A stretch of DNA of 63,809 nt, counting the filler, from Polymyxa betae A26-41 (lineage: Eukaryota; Protista; Endomyxa: Phytomyxea), in the NCBI GenBank assembly GCA_003693705.1. It is 7 parts of 7 records of this genome, joined end to end, with 100 filler letters (N's around TTAATTAATTAA, not from the genome) between each part and the next. Parts side by side here need not be neighbours in the genome. Positions count along the whole stretch, not along the records: positions 51,225 to 59,838 come from RBZT01000621.1; positions 59,939 to 63,809 come from RBZT01000884.1; 5 more parts are not named here. One strand, written 5' to 3'. This document shows, piece after piece, positions 57,949 through 63,809 of this stretch (positions are counted from its first letter, which is position 1; each line of letters opens with the position of its first letter). The translations under genes were made by a program, and so were the position numbers. The notes under the pieces are model-generated. The model had not been told where the DNA came from and searched no databases. It worked only from the letters and a program-made list of their open reading frames with translations.

Positions 57949-59660
57949 GAGCATCTCCAACGGGTGGAGCCAAGCTAAAAGCCAATATCATAAAAGTGCG
58001 TGTGCGCAGTTTTTTGGCTGCAAGTATAAACGGGGTTCCCCATCGCGAGTGCGAGCCAAAATCAGAGAGCCAATCGGTATCTATCATTCGTAGCGGTATC
58101 GAGCCAGTATATCCATAGTTATGTCAGCTTCCAGCAGCTGGTTTCTTCAGGCTTGTATGGCCAGCACGCAGGGCTTTGACTTTGACGAAATACTGGCTAC
58201 ATTGAGCGATATTGACAGCGATTTCGATGAATTTACGAAAATCGGATCCACTCGTGAATATCTTGGTCGAGACCACGAGGCGGGACACGAACAGATATAT
58301 AGAGATTATTTTGCACCAAATGCTCTGTATCTGCCTAAAGTTTTTCGACGACGGTTCCGTATGAGCCGTTTTTTGTTCTTAAAAATATTGAAAGGGGTTG
58401 TTGATCGCGACAATTCTTTCGTCAAGAAAACGATGCGCTTGGTAATCAGGATCATCTAGCTTGCAGAAAGTAGTTGCAGCCTTTATGGTCCTTGCTTATG
58501 GTTGCCAGTTCGATGCAGTTGATGATTACATTAAGATAGGTGAATCGACTGTAATAGAATGCCTAGGCCATTTCTGCGAAGCTGTTATAGACAAGTATGG
58601 AGAGCAATACTTACGTTCTCCTACCACTGAAGACCTTCGTAGAATAGTCGAGCAGAATGCAGGTCGTTGTTTTCCTGGTACGCTGGGCTTAATAGATTGT
58701 TATAGTTGGAAGTGGAAAAATTGCCCGAACGGTACTTCGATTGTACTGGAAGCAACGGTTTCTACGATCTTTGTTTTGGCATGCGTTTTTTGGTTTTTTG
58801 GAATGCCGGGCGCTTTGAACGATATCAATATTTTTGCAAAGATCTCATTTTCTACACTCAATCACACACGGAACCGCTTATCAAATCGAATACGAGGTCA
58901 ATGGCAACAAAAACAATCTGCCCTATTGGCTGGCAGACGGCATTTACCCCAATAGGCCCGTTTTTGTTAAGACCCTACCAGATCCTCAAGGAGCAGCAAA
59001 TATGTTCTTCACGAAACTACAGGAGTCCTGCAGAAAAGGCATCGAGCGCGCGTTTGGAGTTTTGCAGGCCAGATTTGCTATTGTTAAGAATCCTGGACGT
59101 TTATGGACGACTCAGAAGTCAAATGATATCATGACCACATGCATTATTTTACATAACATGATTGTTGAAGGCGAACGAGACTCTGACGCTCTTTTCGATA
59201 CTGACTTTGATCCCCGACCTGTTCGGAAGACTGATCGGCCCAAAAAACGTGCACGAAAGGTGGCTTCGTCCAGATTGATCGACGATGAGAATATCCGCAT
59301 TTCTCCTACCCGAATCGAAGATTTTTCGCCTGCATCGTTATCGGCAATCATCAGCCGCTCTTTGGAGATCCGGAATAATGAGAAATGTTTCCAACTGCGA
59401 AAAGACTTGATTTGCTATATTTGGAATAGCAAAGTCGCAGCACAATGAATTTATAAACAATTAGTGGTCAGAATCAAAACCGGCAATATCGATTCCAGCT
59501 TCCATTGCCTGCTTTTTCAGTTTTTGCAATTCGATCTTTTGTTTCAAGGCGATATACTTTTTGCAACGATGTCGTCACGTCCGGAAAATAATGAAATCTG
59601 AATTTGCTCCGACTGCAGCGTGCAAGCCGCTTCCCAACAAGTGTAGCGGTTTCGTCTCGA
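57949..59660 (+). mobile_element. Harbinger element copy 2 (diverged paralog): transposase pseudogene 58121-59448 plus C-terminal remnant of Myb gene (- strand, 59461 to ~59650)
   Basis: TIR GAGCATCTCCAACG at 57949; FRRRFRMSR, IDCYSWKWKNCP, YWLADGIYP, ERAFGVLQARF; KKYIALKQKIELQKLKKQAMEAG vs copy 1 KKYLQLKQKIAKQKLMKEAAEAG. Confidence 0.85.
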
Positions 59661-59938
59661 GAACGCGACACGTTTTAATAAAGCGTTGAATTGGAATGTG
59701 TTTTATTGGGATTCAATATCAGGCGTCAAACCTCGTTCAGGCCCGTCAAGAGTAGTTCCGGACTTTCCGGACTCCGCGAGCGACTCACGCAGTCTCTGCC
59801 GCCACTGGGACACCAGTGGCGAGAGTCGGCTCTCCCAGNNNNNNNNNNNNNNNNNNNNNNNNNNNNNNNNNNNNNNNNNNNNTTAATTAATTAANNNNNN
59901 NNNNNNNNNNNNNNNNNNNNNNNNNNNNNNNNNNNNNN

Positions 59939-61219
59939 TAGAATATAATTCCAACAGCAATTGCAGGCAATTGAATAGTGCGTCGATTATATGCTATAGC
60001 GAGACTTGGTGCCAGATTGCAAGCAAGCATGACTATGAATGTGAGATGAAAGCGCCGAAAGAATGAGAGATATCTGTAAAGAGGAACAGTTACGAGATAT
60101 GGCGTTAGAATCAGACACGCCTGAAGAAGGGAAATGTCGAAAAACAAGGTCGCACAGAACGCCACCAACATCATGAATGACATCCTAAAACGGCAATTGA
60201 GCAACTATCTGATCGAAAAGGAAACTTAGAAGAACAAAGATTCAAGCGAAACGCGAAAGTGTTCGCACCAGATTCCATCGAATAGCAGGCTGGGTAATGA
60301 TAATAGGATCGCATTCTCATCTTTGTAAATGGCCCGAATGACAGAGAACAACGGAAAATTAACAACAGACAGGATGAATAATACCGGAAGAAACCAGAGC
60401 CTGATAACAGAATAGTTCAGTTTGACTCTTTATATTCTGGAAGCATATCACCATTCAAAGCCGCCACAAGCGAATTGATTTGTGAAGAAATCGAAAGCAA
60501 AGTCAAAAAAGTCGTCAATGTCTTTAGCCGCACACGGACGGTAATGCCGGCCGATAAACGCTGTCGGCAATACGATGAAGACCTGCCCAATTAAGCACGG
60601 GATTAGAAGTCGAAGCAGTTTTTTTTCTAACAAATCTGAGGTAAAGATTTCACTATGCCCAGCAAGCTTACTGAAGAAGATAATGAATGATTGGTCATTG
60701 GACAAATACGAAGCAGATCCGCTGAGATAAAAGAAAAACGCTGCAACAGTCAGCGAAGTCGATTCTGGAAGCGAAACCAAGGCTTACGCATTCCGAACTG
60801 AATTAACCCACGAATGGCGGCATCTTGCTGCTGAAGAGCACCGGGAGTGTAGTTCGAAACCCTCGCAAGACTAATTGCTGTATGAACAATGGCTACCTAT
60901 ATCAACGATTAGCAGACTCCGCAAGAAAGAAGCAGCATAATACGAGATAGACTGCAATCGTTCTTAGCCAGTCCAGATAGAGGAGGCGATCTGATCCGAC
61001 GCCAGGGCTTACCAGCGATTTAATTGACGGCGAATATGCCGGGGATACAGACTTCGTTTCTGCCAGCGTTATAAAGAATTAACGATCGCGATTTAAATGA
61101 AAGTTCGTGAGTCATTTTGCAGAAGAAATGTTGACTGTGTCATTTGAAGAGGGTCGTGACACGCCACTTTGCAAAGATATTGGCCCATCTTCCGCTCGGT
61201 TAAGCCCTCCGGAATCCAT
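59939..61219 (-). CDS. OpgC/Acyl_transf_3 family membrane acyltransferase (3' end in gap)
   Basis: RLLYLDWLRTIAVYL|VAIVH; QFGM|PFFFYLSG; KLLRLLIPCLIG; LWFLPVLF. Confidence 0.8.
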
Positions 61220-62242
61220 TCCCGCTCTGGACGCCGTACACGCCTGCCTGTTCGCTTTTAGCCTTCTTCTCCCTTACACCGGATAATACAACTGCTAGCA
61301 TTTCCGATCACATTTGCTCTCTCTGTTTACGTCACTTTTTTTGATCGAGAAATCTCGGAACATTTTGTCTCTACGCTTCCTTCGTCTTATGCTGCTGCTA
61401 CACAAGGCATCCCAGCTCCATCACCCTACTTCCATCAAAATACTGGATACAATCAGAGCGCCCCTCTGCCGATCTTAAATGCTGAACAGAACAACAATCC
61501 GCTGCTGGGCCTTCTGACTGTTGGAGTGTTCGGAACATTCTAGTGAGTAAGATGGCCGCACCCCGCTCCAGTGGAAACATGCGTGGAACATTCTGCGGAC
61601 TTTATAAGTGCGACAAACATATTGAATAAATCAGAGTAGCTATACACACCGAGTGTGAGATTGTGTTGTTTGAGTTTATCGCATCCATCGTCTAGGACTT
61701 CGCACCCAGTATCCCAACACTGACTACCCTGACGGTGCGTATGACGGATTCGATTCTAAATGACGCCTCAGCCGTTCGCCATTCGGGGTTCCACCTCCGC
61801 AACGACGCGCACATCTCGAAACCGACATCCCGCGCATCCTCTCACTGTCATTCCACCAGTAATCGCCGAATACCATACTACGTTACGGTCAGGCCTGCCC
61901 CGCTTTTAACGCTCTACAGGCTCAATGAGCGTCCGCGAATTCGTTAACTTTTTTGAAGATCGCTTACGTGCTCACTGCTATCCCAGTTCGAGATGCATGA
62001 ACGCACTGCTCAAATAATGTTGGTCAGAAAATTTTAACATTCAAGGCTACAGAGCGGCTTGTCGTTCTCAACACCTGACTGGAACTTCCTTGAGTGTAAC
62101 TGCTTCCAGAAATCGGTTCAAAAGCCGGACGGCGCCAAAATCCTGCTCTGATCGAATTACAGTAAAATCGTCTAGATCGTTGCACGTACGGTGCGGCTGG
62201 CCAGATAGATGATCGGACTCGCCCCAATGCCTATCTTGGGCA

Positions 62243-63178
62243 ATGTCTCCGGTCCTATTCTGGTTTGAGCAGTGCGGCCGAGACCTGATCACCGCCATCA
62301 CCTCTCGTCCTGATAAAAACAACGGCGCCGAGCTTCGCCATCATCCTGCTCTGCAACGCCGTCTTGACCAGCTATGGCGCGCCTTCGGCCCCCGACGTCG
62401 CCAAATCCAGCGCTCCGAATACGTCACCGTCTATTTGTTAATTTGCAAGGCGCTCGGCGTCCTTGGCAGCGATGCCACGCTTCTCGGCCATCGAAACTGG
62501 GCCATTGATCTCGTCGCCATTCGCGAGAAAGGTATGACCCGGATCCAATTCCAGGACAGCATCTTCGAGATCGTGGGCCAGTGCGCCGCCGCCCATGCCG
62601 CTCACGACTATTGCAAATTCCTTAAAGTACTGGCCGACAGGATCCTGTGTCCAGCACCGCTTTCATACCTCCCCTTAGCTGAGGTCCGCAAGCCGACCCT
62701 TCAGGGACCGGGACGAGAGCGCCAGACGCGCCTCCGTCGTGTATCTTCGGCTCCGATCCTCGGGCGACGAAATCTCGAAATGATGGAGACGCCCTGTGAT
62801 CTAATCCCAATAAGGATGGCGGTGGCGGCGACCAAAGCAATTCCGCCCAGGGAGTTCACAGTGCCCTTGATGACATCAGCAAGTCGGAGCCCGACCGAAT
62901 CCGGATTTCGAGGCTGGGCTAAGTTGACCAAGACGACGGCAAGCCGACCCCCAGAACGACCAAAGACAGCTGTCAAAAGGCGTCAGGCATTCGATGGGCC
63001 AATCGATTTGATCGGATCCAAAACTCTACAGATCCGAATCGACGCCGTCGCTCTGAAGCATCGGCCGCGATCGTCGCCCGGCCTGAGCCGGTCGCTATCG
63101 TTGGCGGAACACCCGCGCTCTGTCCCGAATTCAAACTTCTGTCTTCAATCTTGTCAAGTGAAACTGTCATTTTCGTAA
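62243..63178 (+). CDS. Hypothetical protein with degenerate EF-hand-like region seen in flagellated protists (5' exons unresolved)
   Basis: LDQLW..EYVTVYLLICKAL..NWAID..MTRIQFQDSIFEI..YCKFLKVLADRI; basic disordered tail. Confidence 0.5.
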   Translation: MSPVLFWFEQCGRDLITAITSRPDKNNGAELRHHPALQRRLDQLWRAFGPRRRQIQRSEYVTVYLLICKALGVLGSDATLLGHRNWAIDLVAIREKGMTRIQFQDSIFEIVGQCAAAHAAHDYCKFLKVLADRILCPAPLSYLPLAEVRKPTLQGPGRERQTRLRRVSSAPILGRRNLEMMETPCDLIPIRMAVAATKAIPPREFTVPLMTSASRSPTESGFRGWAKLTKTTASRPPERPKTAVKRRQAFDGPIDLIGSKTLQIRIDAVALKHRPRSSPGLSRSLSLAEHPRSVPNSNFCLQSCQVKLSFS

Positions 63179-63499
63179 TGACTGCCCAAGGAGGGCGATG
63201 GGGCTGCGCTAACCACAGAGATGGCAGCTTAGCTAAGCGGTGCCCACCATTACCCCAAGAAGGACATGACTGCAATGTGGCTGCAGCGTTCTGAACGAAC
63301 TCTCTTCATTCGATTCATATTGATATCTGTTGTACATTATCATATTAGATCAATAGCAAGCGTTTGTGTCAAGATCAGGATTCGGATCTGTAGATTTGGT
63401 GGTCGGCTCTGACTTCTCGTTTGACCGGGGCGATATTACATCGGTGACATTGAGGATAATACCGGATGGACCCATACCATAGCTACTAAAATTTTTTAC

Positions 63500-63809
63500 C
63501 TATCCCGACATCTTAATGCGCTCTATTAGGACATTAAGGCAACTTACAGGCGTCGGGGAGAGCTGTTCCAGCTTTGAAGTACGGCGGGAAACATTGGATA
63601 GGCCGAAGGCGAAGCAAAGGCCTGGAACCTGGATGATAAAAAGATAGGTTAGTAAACAGAAGAGAATGGTAATAGGATAGACAAGGACGAGTGCAAGTAG
63701 AGGTGAAAGAGCAAGCGGGATTACTATCAGAACTTGTATAAGGTCAATATACAGCCAATGGAACAAATACACTATCGATGACGAATGGGTTCCATGCTTG
63801 AAAAACATC
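63500..63809 (-). CDS. C-terminus of a second OpgC/Acyl_transf_3 acyltransferase
   Basis: SSIVYLFHWLYI..two TM helices..LTYLFI..LCFAFG pattern, typical of the family C-terminus. Confidence 0.6.
   Translation of the reverse strand, partial: MFFKHGTHSSSIVYLFHWLYIDLIQVLIVIPLALSPLLALVLVYPITILFCLLTYLFIIQVPGLCFAFGLSNVSRRTSKLEQLSPTPVSCLNVLIERIKMSG

Noticed and set aside
8851-59894. Recurrent palindromic TTAATTAATTAA motif
   Set aside because: Always centred in 100-nt N gaps; an assembly linker. Gene neighbourhoods across these points are not reliable.

Overview
Compact eukaryotic genomic DNA with short (~45-75 nt) GT-AG introns and flagellar genes (FAM183/CFAP144, PIH1D2-like), so a flagellated protist; a phytomyxid/plasmodiophorid-like parasite is my tentative guess. 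It is a pseudo-scaffold: six artificial N44-TTAATTAATTAA-N44 linkers join separate contigs. Positions 1-18.7 kb and 51-60 kb are rich in decayed transposons: several PIF/Harbinger lineages, a MULE with intact TIRs and a 9-bp TSD nested in a FLYWCH-MULE, a CACTA/En-Spm element and a chromoviral Gypsy remnant. A tandem family of secreted proteins also lies in the first of these regions. The gene-dense middle encodes a tandem-repeat protein, PH-RhoGAP, PDXDC1-like, FAM183, several secreted proteins, a cupin-Nudix fusion, VPS52, HIRIP3-like, PIH1D2-like, a FYVE-FYVE-Ubl-SH3 protein and a bHLH factor; OpgC-like acyltransferases lie near the right end. The most striking item is a spliced gene (46845-49228) fusing a canonical FYVE domain to an apparent degenerate homolog of the MJ0619/Tes (GDGT-MAS) radical-SAM family that has lost the CxxxCxxC motif; its FYVE core appears to need a 2-nt microexon. 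All family assignments come from motif recognition by eye, not from database searches.
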